NCBI RefSeq assembly: GCF_006345805.1
Contig: NC_043000.1
Span: 16,182,001-16,246,000 of the forward strand
Direction of reading: 5' to 3'
DNA length: 64,000 nt
DNA from: Octopus sinensis
Taxonomy: Eukaryota
The notes beneath the pieces were generated by a model. That model was not told the DNA's origin, did not search any database, and saw only the letters and a program-made list of their open reading frames with translations. Positions 11,478 through 24,407 of the stretch are shown here, in pieces. The number at the start of each line of letters is the position of its first letter. The stretch's first letter is position 1. The position numbers were made by a program, and so were the translations under genes.

Positions 11478-11857
11478 TTGGACATCAGCATGAACTGGGC
11501 ATTTAAAGTGGCACTGCGCTGTGAGTGGGAGGTTTGGATAACGAGCTGCGAGAATTCCTTCACCAAAACAGGCCGCATGCGAAGAGCACCTTTCACTGAA
11601 GTCTGCCAGTGGATCCTAAATGTGTGGAGCCGTATCAAAACATCCACCATCACCAACGGGTTTCGAAAAGCTGGACTGCTGTGTGATGAAGAGAACCAGG
11701 AGCGCTCAAGTGAGAGTGACAACGAAGAGGCTGAAGTGAGTGACAAGACCCTGAGGCTGTTCAATTCGGACACTGAAAAAGAGGACTTTGATAGTTTCAG
11801 TGCACAGGAAGAAAATGAAGAAGGCAATCAATGACTTTTGACCTTGTAGGCTGCAGT

Positions 11858-11892
<35 letters not shown>

Positions 11893-12100
11893 ATCAAAAT
11901 AAGCAACAAGTATATCTTAGGTAATTTGGTACAATCGTTTCATGCTACTTCATTTTATTAAACATTGTAAGTATTACATCAGTTTTAAAATGTTGAGCAG
12001 TCTTCAGCCATTTATAGAAGTCTTCCATCAAACAGACAATACAAAATTCTGGTGCCTCTGACTTAAGTACCATATTCATCTGAATCTAAATTTTGCTAAA

Positions 12101-12136
<36 letters not shown>

Positions 12137-12458
12137 GGTCATTAGGAAGAATGTTGTTCGTGCACTGTTCAGTAAAAAAGCATAAGCAACGTATATTTAA
12201 AGGTAGTCGTGTTAGAGGCACAGTTTGAAAAAAAGCATTTGCAATATGTGTTTGCTTATGTTACCATACAGATAAAATTAAAAGTTAAAAAATCATCTCA
12301 TGTAATATCTTTCTATGTAAATATCTCATATTACAACGTTGGACACCTGTGGCTTAAAATCTGCTGCAGCCGGTACAAGTACAAAATTGATTTTCTTTCT
12401 AAAATTAGAGCATGCGGCTTTTAATCAGGTGCGCTCTGTAGTCTGGAATTTACGGCGT
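11478..12458 (+). mobile_element. pogo/Tigger transposon 3' fragment
   Basis: DISMNWAFKVALRCEWE...FTKTGRMRRA...WILNVWSRIKTSTITNGFRKAGL (pogo DDE C-terminus); Tigger-like right end GGTGCGCTCTGTAGTCTGGAATTTACGG. Confidence 0.8.
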
Positions 12459-12519
12459 ATAATTATTTTCCTTATAACTAACCACAAAAACAAACATTAA
12501 CACATTATATATCTATATA

Positions 12520-13829
12520 GTGGAGGCGCAATGGCCCAGTGGTTAGGGCAGCGGACTTGTGGTCATAGGATCGCGGTTTCGATTCCCAGACCAGGCGTTG
12601 TGAGTGTTTATTGAGCGAAAACACCTAAAGCTCCACAAGGCTCTGGCAGGGGATGGTGGTGATCCCTGCTGTACTCTTTCACCACAACTTTCTCTCACTC
12701 TTACTTCCTGTTTCTGTTGTACCTGTATTTCAAAGGGCCGGCCTTGTCACTCTCTGTCATCATCATCATCATCATCATCGTTTAGCGTCCGTTTTCCATG
12801 CTAGCATGGGTTGGACGGTTCTACTGGGGTCTGTGAAGCCAGAGGCTTCATCAGGCCCAGTCAAATCTGTCAGTGTTTCTACGGCTGGATGCCCTTCCTA
12901 ACGCCAACCACTCCGTGAGTGTAGTGGGTGCTTTTTACGTGCCACCCGCACAGGTGCCAGACAGAGCTGGCAAACAGCCACGAACGGATGGTGATTTTTA
13001 TGTGCCACCGGCACGAGGGCCAGGCGAGGCTGGCAATGGACACGAACGGATGGTGCTTTTTACGTGCCATCAGCACGAGATCAGTCGGTGCGGTGCTGGC
13101 AACGGTCGCGAAACGGAAGGTTCTCTTACATCCCACCGGCACTGGTAACACATCTGCAATTTCCATTGATCGATTTTGATTCTGATCCTCACTTGCCTCA
13201 ACAGGTCTTCACAAGTAGAGTTTTGTGTCCCAAGAAGGGAAGGTATGCATACGTAGGCTGGCTCCATCCCATGTAGAAGGCCACGGGTTATGGACTCACT
13301 TGTCCTGCCGGGTCTTCTCGCGCACAGCACACTTCCAGAGGTCTCGGTCTCTAGTCATTTCCTCAGTGAGACCTAAAGTTCGAAGGTCATGCTTCACCAC
13401 CTCCTCCCAGGTTTTCCTGGGTCTGCCTCTTCCGCAGATTCCCATAACAGCTAGGGTGTGGCACTTTTTCACACAACTATCTTCATCCATTCTCGCCACA
13501 TGACCATACCAGTGCAAACGTCTCTCTTGCACACCACAACTGATGCTTCTTAGGGCCAGCTTTTCTCTCAAGGTACTTACACTCTGCCGAGTATGAGTAC
13601 TGACATTACACATCCATCGGAGCATACTGGCTTCATTTCTTGCGAGCTTACGCATATCCTCAGCAGTCACGGCCCATGTTTCACTGCCATGTAGCATGGC
13701 TGTACTATGTTGCGGGTACATGTGTCTGTGGAGTACTCAGCCACTTACACGTTAATTTCACGAGCAGGCTGTTCCGTTGATTCGGATCAACCGGAACCCT
13801 CATCGTCGTAACCGACGGAGTGCTTCCAA
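12520..13829 (+). mobile_element. tRNA-derived SINE (family C), split by an RTE insertion
   Basis: Head 12520-12756 and tail ~13714-13829; 13-bp TSD atatatctatata (12507-12519, 13830-13842). Confidence 0.85.
12757..13708 (-). mobile_element. 5'-truncated RTE-clade LINE (ORF C-terminus plus 3' UTR = family A)
   Basis: MLHGSETWAV...RLHWYGHVARM...GRGRPRKTWEEVV...REKTRQDK*, continuous with family-A sequence and an (ATG)n tail. Confidence 0.9.
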
Positions 13830-14165
13830 ATATATCTATATATAACTATATATATGATTTGACATTAAGAATTTTAAAAATGTTTTTTGTATTTTTCTCC
13901 TTAGTAAGGAATGATTGGTTATATAGGAAAGATTAAGAATTTGCCGATTAATTAACAGCAGCACCAACACACACACGTTAATGTGTGAGTGCATGAGCAC
14001 CTACTATAATAATACTCTTGTGTTTTTCTCCGTCACAACATATGGACGAGAAAGGAAGGGTGATAGATGAATAAGGAAGGGAGGGGTGATGGGAAACTGG
14101 TAGTGGGAGCATTTCAACTCTGTGTGAGTATATGTGTGTTTGTAAAAGGGAGGTATGTGAATATT

Positions 14166-14202
<37 letters not shown>

Positions 14203-15189
14203 AATGGGAGTTGGGCGGTGAACCTTCAATGCTGAAAAGAAAAACCAAACAGCGTTTCAACTCTTAGTGAGTATGTGTGTGTGTGTGCATGTAAAAGGGA
14301 AGAATGTGTGAACCAGCATTCTTTCAGTAAAAAACGATGATCGATGTCACATCACAAAAGACAACCACTAGATAACATTGACAAGTGTATTAATTTGATT
14401 TACCATCCATATTTATATATATAAAATACTACAATTAGCCCTCATTTTTGATGGCACAGGGCCAGCTGTGTTTGAATGAGAATGTATCATCAATAAGGAA
14501 TGTATCATCATCATCATGTAGCATCCATTTTCCTGATTGGCATGGGTTAGATCAATAGTTCCCAAATATTTTCAGGCTGCTGTCCCCTTGACATCCAGGT
14601 GACATTCCTAGTGTCCCCACCCCAACTAGCTATCACAGACATAGACCTCTTTTTGAAGCAAATTCAAACCAACAGTATTTCACAAATAAAACTTAAACCA
14701 AATGAACCCTTTATTTTGTTGTTTTTACATGAATCACTATCCCATTATCGCCCCACTTTTCTTCAATGCCCTCTTGGAACTTTTCACCACCCCCAGGAGG
14801 GGGGGCAATACCACTGGATTTGATGGATTAATCGGGACTGGTAAGCTGGAGAGCTGCACTAGGTTCCAGTGTTTTGGGTTCGTTTCTACTGTTGGATGCC
14901 GTTTATAATGACAGTCACTTCAAAGAGTGTACCGGGTGCCTTTTTTCGTGTCACTGGCATGGCACGGGTGCCTTTTATGTGTCACTAGCACTGGCCATGA
15001 CTATGAATTCACTAAGCTTGACATCTTCTTAAGCATAGCTAAATAGCAACAGCCTCAATCATTTGTCATTGCCTCCATGAGATGCAGATCTTTGTGGTTG
15101 GGAAGCAAGCTTCCTACTACACAGCCATGCCTGGGTCTATACATATATGGCCTTTTACTTGTATCAGTCATCAGACTGTGACATCACCT

Positions 15190-15344
15190 AGGAGTGGCTG
15201 TGTGGTAAGTAGCTTGCTTACAAACCACATGGTTCCGGGTTCAGTCCAACTGCGTGGCACCTTGGCCTAGTGTCTTATACTATAGCCTCGGGCCAACCAA
15301 AGCCTTGTGAGTGGATTTGGTAGACAGAAACTGAAAGAAGCCTG

Positions 15345-15386
<42 letters not shown>

Positions 15387-16570
15387 AAAGGGCTTAGTAA
15401 AATAAATTACTTTGCCGCATACTGAACTCATTAGAAATAGCAGCTAAATTAATAATTAATTAATTTTGCCCTCAATTGTTGAAATTATAATTAATCTCCC
15501 TCTGATTAATGCTTCGGATTTTACCGAAATAAGCATAGTGTTTGATGATTTTAACCCACGCTGGTGGAAAGGGGAGAACAGAGATTCTTCGCTTGCTTAT
15601 TTGAATTTGTTGGCACTGTTAGTTGGGAGCAGATCTTCGAAGGGGTATGTTCTTATTTTCAGTGTTTCCAAATCCAAACCAAGGAATTTCTGAGCCGATG
15701 ATAGAAATGTTGTTTTGACTAATCTTGAAACGTACGTTCTCGAATAACCTTAGCATTTGATTTTTCGATGTCCTTACCCCCAAACTTTTGTGAGTTGAAT
15801 TAAGCAAACGCTATATATGAGAGAGATTTTCTTTAAGTATTAGAAATAGCTTTAAAAAAGTTTTTTAGCTGCTATTTCTAATGAGTTCAGTATGCGGCAA
15901 AGTAATTTATTTTACTAAGCCCTTTTATATAATGTAATAATTTGAATTCGCCTTGAATGGTCCCTTTGCATACTGAACACTTGGTGAAATTGATTAATAA
16001 TTAATTAATTTTGCCCTCAATTGTTGAAATTATAATTAATCTCCCTCTGATTAATGCTTCGGATTTTACCGAAATAAGCATAGTGTTTGATGATTTTAAC
16101 CCACGCTGGTGGAAAGGGGAGAACAGAGATTCTTCGCTTGCTTATTTGAATTTGTTGGCACTGTTAGTTGGGAGCAGATCTTCGAAGGGGTATGTTCTTA
16201 TTTTCAGTGTTTCCAAATCCAACCAAGGAATTTCTGAGCCGATGATAGAAATGTTGTTTTGACTAATCTTGAAACGTACGTTCTCGAATAACCTTAGCAT
16301 TTGATTTTTCGATGTCCTTACCCCCAAACTTTTGTGAGTTGAATTAAGCAAACGCTATATATGAGAGAGATTTTCTTTAAGTATTAGAAATAGCTTTAAA
16401 AAAGTTTTTTAGCTGCTATTTCTAATGAGTTCAGTATGCGGCAAAGTAATTTATTTTACTAAGCCCTTTTATATAATGTAATAATTTGAATTCGCCTTGA
16501 ATGGTCCCTTTGCATACTGAACACTTGGTGAAATTGATTAATAATTAATTAATTTTGCCCTCAATTGTTG

Positions 16571-16644
<74 letters not shown>

Positions 16645-16858
16645 ATATGTGTGTGTGTATTTGTGTGTTTCCCCCCAACATCACTTGACAACCGATGCTA
16701 GTGTGCGTTTATGTCCCGTAACTTAGCGATTTGGCAAAAGAGACTGATAGAATAAATACTAGGCTTACAAAGAATAAGTCCTGGGGTCGATTTGGTCGAC
16801 TAAAGGCGGTGCTCCAGCATGACCACAGTCAAATGACTGAAACAAGTAAAAGAGTAAA
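15190..16858 (+). mobile_element. tRNA-derived SINE (family B) with a tandem element inserted in its internal (TA)n
   Basis: Head 15190-15350 and tail ~16630-16858 match the full-length copies at 20527, 24019 and 36482. Confidence 0.8.
15379..16573. repeat. Head-to-tail ~545-bp dimer plus 70-bp inverted tail, flanked by (TA)n (Penelope-like architecture)
   Basis: ttgccctcaattg recurs at 15466, 16011 and 16555; 15379-15448 is the reverse complement of 15864-15933. Confidence 0.85.
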
Positions 16859-17179
16859 TGAATGAAACCAAAGTACTTTTGTTTTTTTAAAGCCTGGCAC
16901 AGGGCCGTAAATACACCTACACTAACACAAAGACACACACACACACATATAAATATAAATATACGATGAGCTTCTTTCAGTTTCCATCTACCAAATCGAC
17001 TCACAAGACATTGGTCAGGCTGAGGATATTGTAGAAAATACATGGCCAAGGTGCCACATAGTAGGACTGAACCTGGAACCATGTGGTAGGGAACGAAGCT
17101 TCTTATCGCACAGCCACACCTAATGTATGTAAGTGTGCGTATACATGCTTGTGTCTCCAAGACAGAGAGATATAGTGGA

Positions 17180-17564
17180 TGGAAGCACTCCATCGGTTAT
17201 GACGACGAGGGTTCCGGTTGATCCGAATCAACGGAACAGCCAGCTCGTGAAATTAACGTGTAAGTGGCTGAGCACTCCACAGACATGTGTACCCTTAACG
17301 TAGTTCTCGGGGATATACAGTGTGACACAGAGAGTGACAAGGTCGGCCCTTTGAAATACAGGTACAACAGAAACAGGAAGTAAGAGTGAGAGAAAGTTGT
17401 GGTGAAAGAGTACAGCAGGGATCACCACCATCCCCTGCCGGAGCCTCGTGGAGCTTTAGGTGTTTTCACTCAATAAACACTCACAACGCCCGGTCTGGGA
17501 ATCAAAACCGCGATCCTACGACCGCGAGTCCGCTGCCCTAACCACTGGGCCATTGCGCCTCCAC
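17180..17564 (-). mobile_element. tRNA-derived SINE (family C), full length
   Basis: GTGGAGGCGCAATGGCCCAGTGGTTAGGGCAGCGGACTCGCGGTC head (tRNA-Arg-like TCG loop); tail CCGATGGAGTGCTTCCA. Confidence 0.9.
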
Positions 17565-18015
17565 GAAAGTCAGACTATGAGATGGTCTAATCAAGTTTAA
17601 TACTTAGCACAGGTAGGATGAGGTAGAGGTGAAAAGAAGAGGAGAAATGGATGCAGGATTTAGGTTCAGATGAGGAGAATATACAATCATTAATGATAAT
17701 AAAATAAACAAAAGAATACTTGATAGTGGGTCATGGGCTGTAAAATTCTATTTAGTGATGGCTAATCTATCACGCAAACGTCCTTTCCTTAGAAGCAACC
17801 TAAAATATGTATGTATGTATATGTACATATGTCTGTGCAAACTATTCCAGACATCACCAGCATCCACAATTTACAATGATTCAGAATGAATATAAGAAAA
17901 TACTAACCTTACCCCATTGTCTGTTGTAAATAGTTGTCCAGTTCAGAGCAGAATGTAATGTAAAAAGATGCTTAAAGCTACTGAACATATTAAACAGCAA
18001 TGCAATATATATACT

Positions 18016-18060
<45 letters not shown>

Positions 18061-18391
18061 AAAAATCTATATACACAACACCTGTTTGTGCAATATAATA
18101 AATTTATTTACATATGTATATATATATATATATTCATAGATTTATGTAACTAAACACCTGTGGCTTAGGTTGAGTTCAACAATCGTTTCAACAAAACGTT
18201 TTGTTTGAGAATAATACAAGTTCATTATTATGTCAACATGTAATTTGGGGACAAAACCATTAATTAAGGGGGGAATAGAGCTGATTAATTTACCTACATT
18301 ATCAATTACATACTTTAATTCGCTGCTAAGTACATTATTATGGAGAGGAGCATATGAAAGCCAGTCCATCAGTTGTATAGGGACTCATTAA

Positions 18392-19395
18392 CCCATTAGT
18401 GCCCGTGGTTCCTTTTTTAGGACCAGAGGGATAATCCATCATAATTCTGCAACAGCTGTATTTTTATGAGATTTCTTTCGTTAGTCATCAAGACCGGAGT
18501 GTCTTTCAAATGTTACAAATACTGTCTGTTGTATATTAGCAACACTGATGTCTCAGTTTTCGGAACAGTGTAAAAACCTTGGAGAAAAGAATATACTCAG
18601 TTTCATCCATTATTCAATCAAAAAATTTTGGTAAGTAGTATCTAACCCTTATTTGTATATAGTATAAATAATTGGGATCTTTACCTTTTGACCTACAGAT
18701 TTAAAAAATAATTTTTTTGTAACTAAACACTTTCAAACTTCGGACACTGGTAGAATGTGTCATATAAAACATCTTTTACGCTTAGCATTTTTGAGAAAAA
18801 CTTTACGAAGTAATTTAACGTTAAAGTAGTCCTATTTCGATAATTTCAACCAATCAATGACGTGTATTCAGCTGAATAAAATTACTGCCGTTGTTTGTCA
18901 ACGAGAACTTCTGGCAGTGTATTTTTCATTTGTCATAGTTATTTATGACAACCCTAATCATAAAACCCTAAAACCTTAACCCTAACCCTAAAAAATAGCA
19001 ACAAATGAAAAATACACCACCAATAGTTGTTGTTGACAAACAGCAGCAGTAATTTTATTCAGCTGAATACACGTCATTGATTGGTTGAAATTACCGAAAA
19101 AGGACTACTTTGATGTGAAATTACTTCGTTAATATAAGTTTTTCTCAAAAATGCTAAGAGTAAAAGATGTTTTATATGACACATTCTACCAGTGTCTGAA
19201 GTTTGAAAGTGTTTAGTTACAAAAAAAAATTATTTTTTAAAATCTGTAGGTCAAAAGGTAAAGATCCAATAATCTTTATAACTGTCCTATAAAGTCAAGA
19301 AAATCTTTGAAAGTAATTTTGCTCAAATATAGCATGCTCTAAAAAAAAAGGGTTTTTGGTAATAAATTAATAAAAAAAATTTGGGCACTGATGGG
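18392..19395. mobile_element. piggyBac-like non-autonomous element
   Basis: TTAA|CCCATTAGTGCCC ... GGGCACTGATGGG|TTAA. Confidence 0.75.
18675..19267. mobile_element. Foldback element (~260-bp TIRs) nested in the piggyBac-like element
   Basis: ggatctttaccttttgacctacagat... / ...atctgtaggtcaaaaggtaaagatcc; spacer contains (TAACCC)-like units. Confidence 0.85.
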
Positions 19396-20526
19396 TTAAC
19401 TGTAATTCATGAAATAGTATTAAAGTTTCAGTAAAATTGCAGTTAATTATATTAATTAACCCTCACTACCAATTAGAAAGCTGATGGTTTATCCTGCAAG
19501 GATTTGAACACAAAAAATATGAGGGTAACTAGATACGTCAAAGAAGTTGGCCAGCTTTGCCTTCGTCCGCTAATTTATAATAATGTTTCTGACATAGACA
19601 TAGCCATGGCTGGGTGGTTAAGAAATCTATTTTGCAACCATGTGGTTTCAGTTTCAATCCCACTGCATGGCAACTTGGGTAAATGCCTTCTACAACTTAC
19701 CTAAGACAACCAAAATCTTGTGAGTGTGGATTTGGTAGACAGAAACTGTGTAGAAGCCTGTTGTATCATCATCATCATCATCATCATTTAGCATCCGTTT
19801 TCCATGCTAGCATGGGTTGGACGGTTCAACTGGGGTCTGTGAAGCCGGAAGGCTGCATCAGGCCCAGTCAGATTTGGCAGTGTTTCTACGGCTGGATGCC
19901 CTTCCTAACGCCAACCACTCCGTGAGTGTAGTGGGTGCTTTTTACGTGCCACCCGCACAGGTGCCAGACGGAGCTGGCAAACGGCCACGAACAGATGGTG
20001 CTTTTACATGCCACCGGCACGGGGTCCAGGCGAGGCTGGCAACAGACACGAACAGATGGTGCTTTTACGATACATACACACACACATGCAAATATATATA
20101 TATAAATACATGTGTGTGTGTACGTCTATCTCTTCCCACTACCACTTGACAACCAGTATTGATTTGTTTACATCCTTGTAAGCAAGTGGTTTGGCAAGAG
20201 AACTGATGGTATAAGCACCAGGCTTTCAAAAGTAACTGCTTCAATGTAGTGCCACAGCATGGTCGCTGTCCAACAACTGAAACAAGTATAAGATATAGAC
20301 ACAAGGCTACAAATTGCAAAAGCGTTAACCAAAAAACCCTCCACTTTTATACTCTATGTGACACGTGAGAACTCATGTCTGGAATCTTCATGACATACTT
20401 ATATTGTTGAAAAAAAATCAATAGGGCCCTTCCAATGGATCCTTCTATCTACTACATATTACTAATATTTTATCTAAACAACCCAAGGAAATAACTCATG
20501 TAATCTGCATATTTTAGCATATTTTA

Positions 20527-20947
20527 GGCGCAGGAGTGACTGTGTGGTAAGTAGCTTGGTAACCAACCACATGGTTCCGGGTTCAGTCCCACTGCGTGGC
20601 ATCTTGAGCAAGTGTCTTCTGCTATAGCCCCGGGCTGACCAATGCCTTGTGAGTGGATTTGGTAGACGGAAACTGAAAGAAGCCTGTCATATATATGTAT
20701 ATATATATAAGAGTGTGTGTATATGTTTGTGTGTCTGTGTTTGTCCCCCTAGCATTGCTTGACAACTGATGCTGGTGTGTTTACGTCTCCGTCACTTAGC
20801 GGTTCGGCAAAAGAGACCGATAGAAGAAGTACTGGGCTTACAAAGAATAAGTCCCGGGGTCGATTTGCTCGACTAAAGGCGGTGCTCCAGCATGGCCGCA
20901 GTCAAATGACTGAAACAAGTAAAAGAGTAAAAGAGAGAAAGAGTAAA
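20527..20947 (+). mobile_element. tRNA-derived SINE (family B), full length
   Basis: GGCGCAGGAGTG.CTGTGTGGTAAG (A box), GGTTCAGTCCC (B box), CORE-like (C)TTG.GCAAGTG segment, internal TA/TG microsatellite, (AAAGAGT)n tail. Further partial copies near 11120, 16930, 19600, 23140, 25250, 25700, 26030, 27700, 35840, 48900, 54914, 55445 and 56165. Confidence 0.9.
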
Positions 20948-21758
20948 GCGATCAATATTTGATTCCCACGATCAGCCAACCTAATTCTGCATTTCACTAC
21001 TTACAGTTTTGAACTGCTAAACATTACTATTGCACTTCCTTAATTTGAATCTAAACATTAAAGACTTCATTTATACATTACTATACATACAAACTTTTTT
21101 GAATGCTTATTACTCTGATAATTCTGCATTTTTACAGTTACATTTTTTCCATGACAGTACATAAATTTTTTATTCCACAATGTATTTGTAGTGGCTTAGT
21201 TAGTTAGTTAGTTAATTTGGCTTCATGTAGGCATAGCATGGATTTGATCCTCAATTGCCAAATTTCACTTAACACTTCAACAGCACTTTTCTTACGGTAA
21301 GACAATAGTTTTTCTATGAATGACAGCAGTTATACGTTTCCCAGATACCTTTGCTAAACAGAATATCTCCAACAATCTCTCCTTTCTCCAGCTGAGGTTT
21401 TCGTACTTTTTTTGTGATGGAAAATACACCTTTTGTGACAGTTATAACAAAATTGCTTTCTTATATCAGAGTAATAAGGCGTTTCAATAGAACATCTTTA
21501 AATCCAGGAATTACTAGGTCAAATTTGAAAAAGAATTCTGTTGGCTTGCTTTCCTTGATGCGTATTCATAGTGAATGTATATTGTAATGTGGTGATTGAC
21601 GATTTAAAGTCTATTCTCAGCATATTGGCATAGAAATCTTTTTGCCCATGTTTACACATATACATACATATATATATACATACATACATATACATACATG
21701 CATATATATATATATACATACATGCATATATATATACATACATACACATATATATATA

Positions 21759-23116
21759 CAGCATGTGTAAGGTATTTGAGGACATACCTTTTTTGGGTCA
21801 TTGCTGCATTTTTTGCTAACTCTGTATAATCTTAGTTCCAGAAAATAATAATGGCAGACACTCAGCTTACTTAAGAAATTAAGAGGCATGCTGTTATTGT
21901 GGTTATAAAGGCTGAGCATAGCGATTTAGAAATATCTTGATTTTTAAAAGTTGCCAGATGTTTCATCTGCAAAGTTTATAAGGAGCTAGGGACTAAAGAT
22001 GGAAACATATTACCAGTATGAAAGCATAAAAAGCATTTTAAACACTCTGAAATCATCAGAACACCTGAATTTATCCAGTAAGTTCAACAGACCATTGATT
22101 ACAATCTCAGAAAGTCCATGAGGTCAATTGCAAAAGATCTCCATGTGTCAGAAGGAACAGTCAGAAATGTTGTCCATGAAGACATCAGATTTAAGTCTTA
22201 TCACTTTCACTTTGATCACTTTGACCGACCAGTCCGTCAGGCGTCCATTTGACACCGCTGGTCACTCCTCTCTGGATCGCGCCTTTCTCATCCACGTGAT
22301 CCCAATCGTCCTCTTGAAATCGTCACTCCACCGTCGTAGAGGTCTTCCGGGTGGTCTTTTCCGCTCACGCAGGTACCACTCGACAACTGCGTGCGTCCAC
22401 CGATTATCGGTGAGCCGGGCGACGTGTCCAGCCCATCTATACTTGCTGTCATCGCAGAGTATAAGTCTTATATGTTGAGGAAAGGTCAGTTTGTCAGAAA
22501 AAGCAAAAGAAAATCACTACATCAGATCTTCCTGCAACTGTCAAGGTATGGTTTTAGGGGTTGTCAACAATGAAGGACATGTGATGCCTCCTTACTTCTT
22601 TCCACAAGGTCTTAGAGTTAACTCTGCTGCCTACACTGAGGTTCTGGAAATAATTGTTAAGCCCTAGATAGACAGTGTATGCAATGGAAGGCCATGTGTG
22701 TTTCAGTAAGACTCTGCACTATCACACATGAATCTAGTAATATAGGAACGGATGGCTGAAAATTCTCATGATCACATAACCTCTAATATTTGGCTTCCTA
22801 ATTCCCCAGATCTCAATCCATTGGACTGTTACATGTGGAGCATTGTTGAGAGGGAGGTCAATGAACATGCCCATAACACCAAAGATTCTTTGAAAGCTGC
22901 CACAGAGTAATGTCCAAAATGAACCAAGACCACTTGATTCAAGCATGTAGATGTTTTAGATCTCATAGAGAAGCAGTTGTAGCTGAAAGTGGCTTTAATG
23001 AATAACATTATAGAAAAGGTTTATTTTTATCCTCAAAGCATTTTTTAATAAAGTTATCTGTTATTATATGTTTTTTTATAAACCTAAATCTGTCCTCAAA
23101 TATCTTACACACCCTG
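21759..23116 (+). mobile_element. Tc1/mariner DD37D (maT) transposon, degenerate
   Basis: TIRs cagcatgtgtaaggtatttgaggaca / tgtcctcaaatatcttacacaccctg with TA flanks. FQ*DSAL...WLPNSPDLNPLDCYMW has 37 residues between the last two catalytic Asp. Confidence 0.85.
22202..22461 (-). mobile_element. 5'-truncated RTE LINE inserted in the maT element
   Basis: KYRWAGHVARLTDNRWTHAVVEW...RPPGRPLRRWSDDF...; 10-bp TSD taagtcttat (22192-22201, 22462-22471); (AAAGTG)-type tail. Confidence 0.85.
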
Positions 23117-24018
23117 TATACATGCACACACATATATCTTATCTCTCGTTTCAGTCACTGGAATGCAACCATACAGGGGCAATGTCTTGAAGGGTTTGAA
23201 TCAAAAAAAGTGACCCCAGTACTATTTTTAAAAGTTTTGTACTTATTCTATCAGACTCTTTTGATGAACTGCTAAGTTACAGGGATGTAAACAAACCAAT
23301 ACTGGTTGTCAAGTGGTGATAGGATAGACAAAAATGCACCCACACAAACATGTATAAATGATGGGCTTCTTTCAGTTTCCATCTACCAAAGCAGGGGCTA
23401 TAATATAAGACTTGTCCAAGGTGCTGTGCTTGCCAACTGAAACCAAGAGATTCCAAGACTGGACCCGAAACCACATGGTTAAGAAGCTCATTTCTTATAC
23501 ATCTAAACTACACAGCCATGTCTACCACAAGGTATTTTGTCCAACATCCAAATGACTCTACCAATCAACTGCCCTGCATAATGATTTTCAACATTAGCAA
23601 GTCTGTTTAGTACAGCTAACCCAGAACTTATTTTATCAGCCTCAGAAACTGGCAGACAGAGTCAATCCTGAGGTGACAAATTGATTTAGATATCATGACA
23701 GATGGAAGTCTCACAAATAGAGAAAAAATCCATCTCAAGGATAAGGACAAGTCTTATACCTTAATCTTTTATTACTTAGCTTCTGGATTATTAAGTTCTT
23801 TTCAACTCAAATCACAGTCCCAGGAGCTTTTCTTGAGCCAACGAAAGATTAACGAAAAGCTTACATTGGTTTGGTCTAAATATATTTTTTTTTTAGAATT
23901 TTTGAATATCACCAGATGGAGAAGACCCAATGAAAGAAAGGTGTTGATCAATATTTTAAATCTTCTCATTTAATAGAGAAAGATCTCCAACATTAGATAA
24001 AGGTATTGAAAAAAACTT

Positions 24019-24407
24019 CAGGAGTGGCTGTGTGGTAAGTAGCTTGTTTACCAACCACATGGTTCCGGGTTCAGTCCCACTGCGTGGCACCTTGCGCAAG
24101 TGTCTTCTGCTATAGCCTCGGGCTGACCAAAGCCTTGTGAGTGGATTTGGTAGACGGAAACTGAAAGAAGCCCGTCGTATATATGTGTATGTGTGTGTGT
24201 GTTTGTGTGTCTGTGTTTGTCCCCCTAGCATTGCTTGACAACCGATGCTGGTGTGTTTATGTCCCCGTTACTTAGCGGTTCGGCAAAAGAGACTGATAGA
24301 ATAAGTACTGGGCTTACAAAAGAATAAGTCCCGGGGTCGATTTGCTCGATTAAAGGCGGTGCTCCAGCATGGCCGCAGTCAAATGACTGAAACAAGTAAA
24401 AGAGTAA
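24019..24407 (+). mobile_element. tRNA-derived SINE (family B)
   Basis: Near-full-length match to 20527-20947. Confidence 0.9.

Noticed and set aside
17490-17564. tRNA-Arg-like gene (also at 12520, 38130 and 6490)
   Set aside because: These are tRNA-derived heads of SINEs, continuing into a shared body and tail, and several have TSDs.
17913-17975. Minus-strand donor (ggg|gtaagg) as an upstream coding exon of the transporter
   Set aside because: The phase-0 frame has a stop and there is no clear acceptor; at most a non-coding exon.
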